This document shows positions 38,731-51,100 of a stretch of DNA of 64,000 nt, one piece after another. The stretch covers positions 186,001 to 250,000 of the forward strand of contig NC_087252.1 in NCBI RefSeq assembly GCF_037042905.1. Direction: 5' to 3'. Under the pieces are notes generated by a model. The model did no database searches, was not told the DNA's origin, and was given only the letters and a program-made list of their open reading frames with translations. The DNA comes from Lytechinus pictus (lineage: Eukaryota). Position numbers and translations under genes: made by a program. Position 1 is the stretch's first letter, and every line of letters begins with the position of its first letter.

Positions 38731-41700
38731 TCACAACAGAACACCTGTGTACAGATGGGAGGGGGGAGGGGGCTCTTGGCCTCAGATATTTCATGAGCAG
38801 GAAGAAAAAAAAAGAAAAGGGATGAGGGTGAAATATGGCCCTGTACCTGTAATTACAAGCAGAAAAGATATGTACAAAGCAAATGTACATAAGGGCACCA
38901 ATATAACAATAGCATCAAAATCTTATTTGTTTTTTCAACCCAATTAACTCTGGAAATAAGGTTATTTTTTTTTTTTTGCACATTTGATTAATCTGACCAA
39001 ATATTAACACTTCTTTCCTGTGCCTGGAAAGTTCAAAGGAAAAAAGAATGTAATATATATTTTTTAGACTAATTGCTTTTTTTTTTACTAATTAGCTCTT
39101 TGCATTTTTTAAACCAAAAGAACTAATCCCATTTGTATGTGTTTTTAGGGGGGTTTTAGGTGTTCAAAATAGGTAATTTTACAAATATTTACACATGGAA
39201 AAAAATAACTTGTTAAAAAAATAAACTGCAAATTATCAGAAATATAAAGAATGAATTAAATAAACCATGTCGGCAAATTAAACTGGGTCAGCAATTCACT
39301 TTAAATAAAAAATATATAATATTCATAATTGAAAATGGAGCCCATCCCAGAGATCCAAAGTTATTTTGATATTAACTTTTAGTATTTTTTTATCTTTTAA
39401 ACTTTTTCAAAAAAAAATAGGATAAATATCCTATTTCAATAGAAACATATAAATTGTATGGATTAGAATAGATGATTTAACTTTGTCTTTGAGAACTCCT
39501 CAGGACGACACCTTCACTTGTTCTGCCTCTAATTCGATCGGTACTTTCCCCTACGGTTTCAGTAGTTACTCTCCCTATAGTGCCTAATGACCTGTGTACC
39601 TGCCATGTTCCTCTTTTCATTTTCAGTTTTATTTGCACCAACCTTTTCTCCTTCCCCCTTTCCTTTGCCTCCCTTTTCCACTCTTATAATTTCTACTTAA
39701 ATTTTATCATCATTATCGTTATCATTACAATTATTATCTAAATTACTTTATATTTTTTGTTGTCGCTTATTGGCTCTATTTTTGGTATACCAAATATATT
39801 TTGTATATATTTTGTAGATTATACGTATTTTAATTTCGTCTCCGTCCGTCTCTTGTATTTAGGTTATGCTAATTAGTATTGGAACTTAGTATAGGGACTT
39901 GCCTTTTACAAGCTCTGCTTTTCTTGGCAAGTCCCTCCGTTCAGTTTATTTATCTTCAATATTCATGATATTTGTTATGAAATGTCATTGAACTGTGTGT
40001 ATTATTTTATGTATTTACACTGTTACTTCGATTATATCATTTTTTGAACGGAAATAAATAAATCTAAAATCTAATCAACAAAATCATATTCATCATCAAA
40101 ATCGTATCTAAAATCCTTGTAGCTAACAAGGGTTTTTCCTCTCTCATGTCTCTCATCAGAATTCAACTCAAAAGTCACCTTTGCAAACCTTTGCAAATCA
40201 TAAAATCCATAAGCTTTTTTTGTCTATCTCTTTCCTCAGTTGCAGAAAAAGCTAAAATATCAATTCAAGACTTTATTCCAGACACAAACTGCATAAGCAG
40301 AGGTCCATATTATAATCAACATCATCGTATACATCAAGACAGACAATATGCGGAAGAAAGGGGGGGGGGGTCCAGCCCACTTTTTCTAAGCCCGCGACGT
40401 GTACAAAAACGTAAAAAATTAGTAATAAAAAAAAACTAATTCTATGCTGAATGATATGCCTGATCTATGTTATGTAGACGAAAAATAAAATTAAATTAAA
40501 TTAAAATCAATAACGGCTCAAAGCGCTTTACAGCATAACAAAACATATCATGTTAGACTTTGCAGGAGTTATTTTTCTCTCAAAATACTCTTCACAATTT
40601 TCTTTTTTCCAAATACAATTTTTTAAATGTACAGTACATGGAATTACTTCAAGGTCAAGGCCACCTCAGAAAAATGTTGATTCGGATCCACAAAGAAAAA
40701 TCAGACAAGCGTAGTACTGAAAATTTCATCAAAATCGGATGTAAAATAAGAAATTTATGACATTTTAAAGTTTAACTTATTTTTCACGAAATAGTTATAT
40801 GCACAACAATCACATGCAAATAAGAGAATCGATGATGTCCCACACTCACTATTTCTTTTGTCTTTTATTGTTTGAATTATACATCATTTTTATTTTTACA
40901 GATTTTATAATAATCAACTTGACTGAACCATAAAATGTTAAACAATGGTAATTCCACAAGTTAAAAAAAAAAACTTTGTTTCACAGGACAATGAGGAGAA
41001 AATTAGAATATTTCATATTTCACATAATAAAATACAAAAGAAAATGGTGATTGAGTGATGTCATCAGTTCGCTCATTTGCATACTGACCGGGATGTATAA
41101 CCCTGTGTGAAATTAAGCGAAACTTGAAGTTGTCAGAACTTTCTAATTATTTTGCATCCGATTTTGATGAAATTTTCAGTGTTATTTTTGTTGGATTTTT
41201 CTCTTCTTATTCAAATTAACTTTTTATTGGGGTGGACTCGTCCTTTAATTTGTAAAATCGGATTTATACAATAGGCCTATATATACCCTTTAATTAGAAA
41301 CATTGGTAAGGCCGAAAAAATGTATCTTCCGGCAGAAGGTGGAGCTGGCCCCCAGTTTATAGAACACCAGCGCGGTCTGCGGCATATGCCTTAAAGGACA
41401 ATTCAACCCCCAACAAAAAGATGATTTGAATAAAAAGAGAACAATCCAACAAGCACAACACTGAAAATTTCATCAAATCGGATGTAAATTAAGAAAGTTA
41501 TGACATTTCAAAGTTTCGCTTTATTTCACCGTTGTATGCACATCCTGGCTGGTAAGCAAATGAGAAGACTGTGACGTCATCCACTCACAATTTTTTTTTT
41601 GTATTTTATTATATGAAATATTCTAAATTTTCTCCTCATTGTCAAGTGACAACGTTTAATTCCTCCCTGAACATGTGGAATTAGCATATTGTTTAATACT

Positions 41701-44700
41701 GTATATGGTTCAGTCAAGTTGGTCCTTATTGTCAAATCTATAGAAAATGAAATATTGTACCGTATAATAATATTCAAACAATACGAAACAAAAGAAATAG
41801 TGTTTGATGAACATCATCGACTGACTCACCTAGTTGTGCATATCACTGTTTTGTGAAAAATAACCCGAAACTTTAAAATGTCATAAAATACTCATAACTT
41901 TCTTATTTTACATCCGATTTTGATGAATTTTTTAGCACTATGCTAGTTTTATTTTCTTTATTTATTCAAATCAGCATTTTCCTGGGGTGGGCTTGATCTT
42001 AACCACTAGACCACAGATACGAGTTAGTGGCTATAGGGCGACCCCGATCTGATTGACCGTTGCATAAACAGATTTTTCACCGCACCTGTCCACTAAATTT
42101 GCTTTGTCGGGTGTATTGAACGATGACAGGTACAAATGACAAAATAGGCCTATTTATGGTAATGATGATAATGATTGAAAAAAACAATACCAACATATAT
42201 CATTAACAAATATGAAAATATTAATTCATAAATGATAATGAAAAATGATAGTGATAATGAAAATAAGACGAAGCTAGATTAAAAGGGATATACGGCAAAA
42301 TGGGTAATTGAATAAATCTATCCCGATTTTTTAATGAACAAATTCAAAATTCTATTAATGCACAAAAGTCAGTAATATAATAAAAAAAATACCTGTAATA
42401 TAAATTCAAATTAAAAGTTGCGGAAAAAATCAAATAAATAATGAAATTTATGAAAAAGACATTTTTCACTGAATAGACCCTAAATGAGTGCATACTTAGT
42501 GAAGCCAAATAATTAATACTTACATATGAAAATAGATATAAAGAAAAGAACTAACAAATAAATATTATAACGAGTGAATTAACAAGCTGCCCCCTGGCGG
42601 ATTTCAACGGGCCATGAAATAAAAAAAAAAACGGGAAAAAGAGAAAAGGGAGAAAGAGAGAAAGGGAAAGGGGAAACTAGAGGAAAAGGAAAGGGAAAAA
42701 GTGAAAAGAAAGGGACAAAAAGACAAGACACAAATAGAGAAGATGAAAGAAAAGTGGGAAAGGGAAATAAAAATTTCGCTCACGCTACGCGCTTGCAGTA
42801 ACTGTTGACTGAGATAAATAAATTATCTATCCAAATGGGGCATAAAAATCCAGTGTTCAATTCAATATGCTTTTCGAGATTAGAGCTTTCATCATTTAAA
42901 GCGAGATACACATATCCTGCGTGTCATAAATAAAAAAAATTATGCTCGCGCTACGCGCTCACATCAATTGTTTAATTAGATAGCCATCCAGTTCATGATA
43001 AAAAAAGAAAAAAGTGTTTAGAACACAGTTATCATCTCACTGATCTCAGGATATCAAACATTTTCAGCTCGCGCGAATCGCATTATTTGGTGGGATATAA
43101 TCTTGAAACCGTCCAGCGAGAAGCGTTAGCTATTTTCTTTTCATTGTAGGCACCACTGACTTGAAAGGAGACTTCTTCGTTTGCATATTGGATCAATCCA
43201 ATGCAAACAAATGGTCCTTTAGGTCTCCTTTCAAGTGAGTGGTGCCTACAATGAAAAAAATTAGCTCACGCTTCTCGCACGATTTTGTGAAATAGGCAAA
43301 AAAATGTGTTGCCCTTAAATGTTCTTTTTCCTGCCCCCGATCTTGGTGCCGCGCTGCCCCGGCAATCCGCATATCACTGGACGTACCCCACTTAGTTATA
43401 CAATTAAGAACAAAAAAAAAGAAAAGATGAAAGGAAAGGAAGATGTAAGATATGATTTTATTTTGTGAATACTTTGTCAAAATCAATCTCAAAGTAAGAT
43501 TTTCATGAAAAGGTGACCCCCCCGCTCGCGAACTTTTTTGCCGTGCGCGCTATGCTGTGCCCCCCTTTTTTGTTCTTATCACGCATTGCTCGGGCACAAT
43601 TATAAAAATTCCTGTTCATACCATATACCGGGAAATTTTTGGCTCTTGCCACCTGTCCATATAATTTAGCCGCTAATCGAAAATGACATTTCATATCATG
43701 AAAATTAACCAGAGTGACCTTCATTACTTACTTCCTCGATTTAGGGGTAAACTTTAAATGGCGCACAGAAAAGGGGACGGCGTCTAAGATGCCCCGAAAC
43801 GCTGGTAGTGCATCAAAGTTGTTATGTAATTTTTACTGAGAATTTAATGTGGTCTACCCCCTCCCCTGTTCCAAGGCCCATGTGAGAGGGACTGATCCTT
43901 CATATGAAATTAATGAACTGATGCATTTTATTTAGGGAATAACCAAAACTATATTGATACACATAGGAAACTCAGAAGACATAAAGTGATTGCATACTCC
44001 GCGCTGGAAATAAGATAGTTATCAATAAGAGTTGAATATTCAAAAGAGAATCTGGAAGCAATCATCAAACTCTGATAATGAATTTTGAAGTAAGCAGTAT
44101 TTTGTGAAAATAAAATGCACGCGGTCATAACTATCCATTTGAAGTGATCATGATGTCGTGTTCCAACTTTCGTTTTGCTTATAAAATGTTCTTACGTGAA
44201 ATCATTTTTTAATCATGTGATGTCTCCTATATTAAAATAATGTCTATAAATTAATGAAAAAATGCATTAAATATTTTTAATACAATATTTTTAATTCTAT
44301 AGGAGGAGGAAATTTGAATAATCATGAATTCATATGATTAAAAAGTGGGGATATACAGGAGAGATTACTTTTTTCCATTGAATGTTAAAGAAGAAATGCA
44401 TATAGAACTGGCCGAAATGCGATCTTTAAAATATCATAACTCTATTATCCTTGTCCGATATTGTTAACATTTTACCAACTTTGTTTAATTCTTCTTGATC
44501 TGTATTATTTTCAGCTGCACTCATGCCATATAGAAACATACTCCATTCAATTCTTTATGATTATATTCAAATGTTATACAAATCAGTCATATACTAATAT
44601 TTGAAGCAATCATAATGTGGAATAGTGCATTATGGAAGTTCCATATTTTCAATCATCTGTAAGTTCGGGTAACTATGCCTTTTTACTATACCATTTCCGT

Positions 44701-44832
44701 GCGCATTATGACAATATTCGAGACGTTTGAGAATTTAAGCTGTATTTAGGGTCTGCGACTATTAGACTACGCACACGGTGTAGGGCGGTTTGTATCGCGA
44801 TAGCTCTGTGCGCTGGCTTGCTTCAATATATT

Positions 44833-45506
44833 TTATAAAAATAGGTGTATTATTTCAAGCATCGCGATTGGCCAATACGCGTCACATGACATCCAACTTT
44901 TTTGTGCACTGCACGGTAGTGCAAAAGGTGCGCAAAGAAAATTGACATTGCACGCTCAAGCAAACCAGTGCGGTAGAAGTCCAACAAAACTGTACTGTAA
45001 CTTTTTAAAAATTTGTTTCTGTGTTGCTATTTTATAAAACAAATAATGCACTTGCTGTGTCGTGCGTAAAAGTAAATGCAGAGAAAGCTCGGTTTCTTCA
45101 GATGGAGCACACTGGGCACTCGCCGCAAGCGGCTCGTGCACAGTGCGGCACCTATCTAAAGAAACCTCGCGTGCATGCTCTGCATTTCCACTAACGCACT
45201 CGGCTGCATGCATTATTTGTATATTATAAAATAGGTGTATTATTTCAAGCATCGCGATTGGCCAATACGCGTCACATATGACATCCAACTTTTTTTGTGC
45301 ACTGCACGGCAGTGCAAAAGGTGCGCAAAGAAAATTGACGTTGCACGCTCAAGCAAACCAGTGCGGTAGAAGTCCAACCAAACTGTACTGTAACTTTTTT
45401 AAAATTTGTTTCTGTGTTGCTATTTTATAAAACAAATAATGCACTTGCTGTGTCGTGCGTAAAAGTAAATGCAGAGAAAGCTCGGTTTCTTCAGATGGAG
45501 CACACT
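44833..45506. repeat. Tandem ~390-bp unit containing a ~200-nt imperfect palindrome (possibly Crypton-like non-autonomous element)
   Basis: 44833-45222 is repeated from 45223; the second unit is completed at 51204-51320. Palindrome centred on GCAC-TC-GCCGC-AA-GCGGC-TC-GTGC at about 45116-45139. Confidence 0.75.
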
Positions 45507-46377
45507 TAGTCTAGATTCTAGACGTCGGTGTATGGCAGTGTGTCCAAACTTCGCGCGTGTCCATACTTTGCGGACGGTCCTTATCTCAAAAACTAGCCAA
45601 TATCCTTAAAATCTGACATCATCAACGTGAAAAGCGACCAAAAATTACCCTGTAGTGAAAATTTCTTTAGGATGAGTTCAGTATTCATGAAAATATTGGC
45701 AAAAGATCGACAAATTAATTTGTCACTGCTAGCGCCCGTTTTGAAGAAATCAACAAGCATCACGATATCACCATTTTGCAAGCAGAAATCATCAAAAATG
45801 TGAGTTAAATGTGGTACTAACCGATTCCATAGCATTTTGCCATCAATCTTATATAAATATTTCACTTTTTGAGCTTGAGTTTTTGTTTAAATCTCCACAA
45901 AAGCTTTGGTGCGCGAAGTTAGGTCACACTTTTCTGAACGGTTTTCCAGCACAGCCCGCATTCGCCGATCGGAATAGAATTTTGAGATCGCGATACCGGC
46001 GAAACCCCTTGACCTACTTTACATTTTCGTCCATGATTTTATACTAGTTTACGATCTTGCCGTCAATGTGGTAACTATTTATTGAATTGGTTTTGTATAA
46101 ATTATGAATATTTTGTGAACAAAATTAAGCCTGATGAATATTTTTGAAAAGTGCGCGAAGTTTGGACACCCCATCATACTTGTTATTTCTCTCCCCTTGC
46201 TTTATTCTCCCCTGCGTGCCATCTCCAGTGATCGCGCTATGATGAGGGTAGGAAATCGTGAAGCTGTTTTCATTTCGGGTGTAGTAGTCTGGTCTGTTAG
46301 CGGAATTATGTGGACACGGTGGACAAAAGCATGAATTTTTCTCCAGACCTTTGTTTATGTATGAGAATTAAAAATGG

Positions 46378-49300
46378 GGTATGCTCCAAAAAATCTGGCT
46401 GCAGGAAGAGTGAAAAAAATGGATGAAAATGTCAGAATTTATGAGTTTAGATTTGTCTGATATATAGACTAGCGCTAGTGCAAAACTCAATAGCAGTGCA
46501 TTATTTTGCATTGGTTTAGTTCTTGAATTCAGACCCTTTCTGAACAGATATTCTGCTTGTCCTCACATCTCAATGCACTAAATATCTGAATGCAGATGCT
46601 AAACAAGCCGAAGGGTGGTGGTGGTGGAGGGGGTTGAATGTTGGTGTGTATGTACATATTTTGGTCTTGGGGTAAAGATGTGCAAGACACATTTTTTGCA
46701 TGTGTTGGAAATTGTGTTGCCATGGTAACAGTGTATTATGGCAAAAATAAGGTACAAATCTTGCAGTTAGAACTACTTCCTCTGTTTTCATCCGATTCTC
46801 ATGAAATTTGGCACACACATTGGTCTTGAGGTGAAGATGTCTGTCTAAGACACATTTTGGGTGTCTTTCTGAAATTTTGTTGCCATGGTAACAACATATC
46901 ATTTGGTGAAAATTGGGGAAAAAACCTTACAATTCAAACTGCTTCATCAGTTTTCAATCAATTCACATGAAATTCGGCACACACATTGGTATTAAAATAA
47001 AGATGTACAAGGCACTTTTTGTGTGTGTTTCAGAAATTGTGTTGCCATGGTAACAACATATTATATGGCAAAATTTAGGTAAAAACCTTGCAATTTGAAC
47101 TACTTCATCAGTTTCAAACCAATTCTCATGAAATAAGGCTCACACATTGGCCTTGAGATAAAGATGTGCAAGAACCTTTTTTTCATTTGTCATTGCCTTG
47201 TTAACCACAAAATCATATAGTCAGAAATACGGGGAAACCTTATTAATTGTGGATCAATCTTCTTCCCCTGTTTTTAGTCAGTGCTCATAAAAGTTGGAAG
47301 AAATATTCATCTTTGGGTAAAGATTCATATTAAATTTTAAACTGCATTAAAATGTTCACGCCAGAGTGTGGGGGTATTAATCACCTTCAGTAATATTTCT
47401 CGGTTTTGGGTGGAGGAGCAGGATTGGTCCTTAAAATCTGACATAGAAATAAAGAAGGTTAAAGGCGGTGGCCATTAGGAACATAAAAGCTCTTAAAATA
47501 AGCATCCGCTCTAAGGGCATAGGCTGGGGGTACACTGTGTGAATGTGAAACCTTCCGCTGTGGCAAAGGAGTTCCAACACTGGCAAGCAAAACAAAATGT
47601 GTACTTCTACTTTCAACGGCTGATTTTCCAAACCTTAGTTCCACCTCCCCAAGATGTGCACCCCTCCCCATACCACTTTTCTCCCCATGCTCAACCAGTC
47701 TACGCCTTTGCCCCCTCTCTCAGGGGTCTTTGCATTTTAAAGCGAGACATTGCTCCCTTTTTTTGGGGGGGGGGTGGGTCTTTAGAAAATAACCTCATTA
47801 AAGTAAAAGTTAAAGGATTATGACTAGGAACTTAACCCCCCCCCAAAAAAAAAAAGATAAATAGGGGGCTGATATATTTTTGAGCAGAAAAATGCTCCTC
47901 CCCCATTAAAATGTAAGAATAGTCCTTTGCACTTCAGAGTGCAGACCATTCATTTGAAGTTTTATCCATTCTGCTTTGGTAAAAAATTGTTTACAGTAGC
48001 CAATTAATCACTGTTTATTCATACTCTCCTACTCAGTCTTTTATTAATATTCTATTCCTACTCTTTCTTTTTAACTTAATCACATCACCTGCACATCACT
48101 CTTGATTTTGAGCTTCACCACACCATCTTATGTTTCCTCTCTCCTTTTTTTACTCTCTCTCTCTATATATATATCTCCCCAAGTATATTTTTTGATATAT
48201 TATAAAGTAAGTGTACCTTTAATCATGCAACTAATTAAAGAAATATATATTTATATACAAAAAATCTAGGCACTTGTTTTAGAAATTCACTTGCAAATCC
48301 ATGACTCAATAACATACATTATCAAAAATATACAAATGTGCACAATAAATTTTTGCCTTCTATTTTCTTTCATTTAATTTTTTTCAGTATATTTCTGTGA
48401 CAGCCCCTGCTTTTTACATTCTACATCTCCTATTGTCAAAAAATGAATATTATGTTTCAGTAGCAAAATTGTTGGATGCAAGATCTGACTGTCACAAAAA
48501 ATGCAAATAATTTTCCATTGGAGTAAAGACGAACTTATTCACTGTTTATTAAGCAAATGATGACTTTTATTTCTCTACATATAGTTATATTCTAGTCATA
48601 TCCCTTCAGATGGTGGTAACTGCAGGAATGGGAAAACTCAGTGATATGCCGGACTAAAATTTTCACAGAGGATTTTCGGAAAACAACTAAATCCATTTTT
48701 TTTTCAAGCAACAGTTATTCCATTCTGAATGCTGCAACTATGAATTTGATGCACCTTTACCAAAATATATCATGACAGCCATTTATTCAATTCTTTAAAC
48801 TAGACATTAAATATAGCTAATAGTATTTTTCAGGACAGAGTGTAGCTAAAATGGAGTTTAAAAGATTATGAAGAAAACAATAAATGTCATGGTATTATAT
48901 TTCAGTGTAGGTGTAAGCATTAAAATGGAATAATTGTTGCTAGATAATAATGAATTAAAATAGCAAAGAAAACTGTACTTTAATAGAGAGGGAGAAAAAG
49001 AGGGGGAGAGAGGAAACAAAACAAGAAGGTATGGCAAAGCTCAAAAGTGCAAAAAGTGATGTAAGAAAGTCATGTAGGAACTGAAATGAACAAAGACTGT
49101 GTAGAAGGAGATAAATAAAAAGTTGATTAATTGGGCACCGAAAATGATCTTTTATCAAACCAGAATGTTTTAGGCTTTAAATTAATACGCTGAAATGTAA
49201 AGGATTTTTCTTCCCCCCCTTTTTTTTTGGGGGGGGGGGTTCAGTTCCTAGTTGTAATTATTTCCTGATACTCTTTATGTGGCAATTTTCTAAAGGCCCC

Positions 49301-51100
49301 CCCCCCCAAAAAAAAAAATGGAAGGGGTGCTTTCTTTAATAGTGTTTAAGTTCCTAATGGTCATTGCCTTTAACCTTCTATATTTTTATGTTGTCAGTTT
49401 TTAAGGACCTCCTCCGCCCCCCAAAAATAACCTATAAATATTATTGAAGGTGATTAATACCATGAATACCTTGCGCTATTACGCATACATTCGTATTTCC
49501 GAAGCTTCGTTATTCCGAAGGTTCGGATATTCCGAAGGTTCGTTTTTCCGAAGGTTCGTATTTCCGAAGGTTCGTAATTCCGAAGGTTCGTTAGTCCGAA
49601 AACGAAGTGAGATTCGTAATTCCGAAGGATCGTTAATCCGAAAAAGAAATGAGGTGCGTAATTCCGAAGGTTCGTTAGTCCGAAAACTGAATGATTAACT
49701 AACCTTATTTCGTTTTCGGATTGACGAACCTTATTTCGTTTTCGGATTAACGAACCTTCGGAACATCGAACGTTATTTCATTTTCGGATTATCGAAATAA
49801 CGAACCTTCGGAATAACACCACAAATGTTCGGATTAACGAACCCTTTTACGTTTTCGGATTAACGAACATCGAGGTATAGGCAATTTGCATGTTTCGGAA
49901 TTACGAACCTTCGGAATAAAGAACCTTCGGAATTACGAAGTGTAACCGCGCTATTATATGATGTTAAAGGGGAATCCAACCCAAATAAACACTTGTTTTT
50001 AGAGGAAAAGGAAAAATCAGACAATAGGTCAAAATTTGAATATCGGACAAACCATAAAAAGTTATGAATATATACAAGTTGTAAACATTGGTAATCACTA
50101 TACCCATGAAGCCTTCAAATTGGCCGTATATTTCCCCTTTAACACTGAATATGAATCTTTACCCAAAATGAATATTTGTGTAAACTTTTCTGAGCACAGG
50201 CTGAAAACTGAGAAGTAGATTGATCCACAATTAATAAGTTTTCCCCGTATTTATGACTATATGATTTTGTGGTTAACAAGGCAATGACAAATGAAAAAAA
50301 AGGTTCTTGCACATCTTTATCTCAAGGCCAATGTGTGAGCCTTATTTCATGAGAATTGATTTGAAACTGATGAAGTAGTTCAAATTGCAAGGTTTTTACC
50401 TAAATTTTGCCATATAATATGTTGTTACCATGGCAACACAATTTCTGAAACACACACAAAAAGTGCCTTGTACATCTTTATTTTAATACCAATGTGTGTG
50501 CCGAATTTCATGTGAATTGATTGAAAACTGATGAAGCAGTTTGAATTGTCAGGTTTTTTCCCCAATTTTCACCAAATGATATGTTGTTACCATGGCAACA
50601 AAATTTCAGAAAGACACCCAAAATGTGTCTTAGACAGACATCTTCACCTCAAGACCAATGTGTGTGCCAAATTTCATGAGAATCGGATGAAAACAGAGGA
50701 AGTAGTTCTAACTGCAAGATTTGTACCTTATTTTTGCCATAATACACTGTTACCATGGCAACACAATTTCCAACACATGCAAAAAATGTGTCTTGCACAT
50801 CTTTACCCCAAGACCAAAATATGTACATACACACCAACATTCAACCCCCTCCACCACCACCACCCTTCGGCTTGTTTAGCATCTGCATTCAGATATTTAG
50901 TGCATTGAGATGTGAGGACAAGTAGAATATCTGTTCAGAAAGGGTCTGAATTCAAGAACTAAACTAATGCAAAATAATGCACTGCTATTGAGTTTTGCAC
51001 TAGCGCTAGTCTATATATCAGACAAATCTAAACTCATAAATTCTGACATTTTCATCCATTTTTTTCACTGTTCCTGCAGCCAGATTTTTTGGAGCATACC
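46378..51100. repeat. Near-perfect ~890-bp inverted repeat pair (46378-47264 and 50212-51100)
   Basis: Direct comparison; the ORF track also shows identical mirror ORFs (46570-46902 minus vs 50531-50908 plus). Confidence 0.95.
49482..49948. mobile_element. Foldback-type MITE built from TTCCGAAGGTTCG subrepeats
   Basis: Left half repeats TTCCGAAGGTTCG, right half CGAACCTTCGGAA; 8-bp TSD CGCTATTA at 49474-49481 and 49949-49956. Confidence 0.85.

Noticed and set aside
49482..49948. Short regularly spaced repeats superficially like a CRISPR array
   Set aside because: No unique spacers, orientation flips mid-element, an 8-bp TSD is present, the context is eukaryotic and there are no cas genes; it is a foldback MITE.
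46529..50908. Duplicated 63-125-aa ORFs on opposite strands
   Set aside because: By-products of the inverted repeat; no recognisable domain or splice structure.
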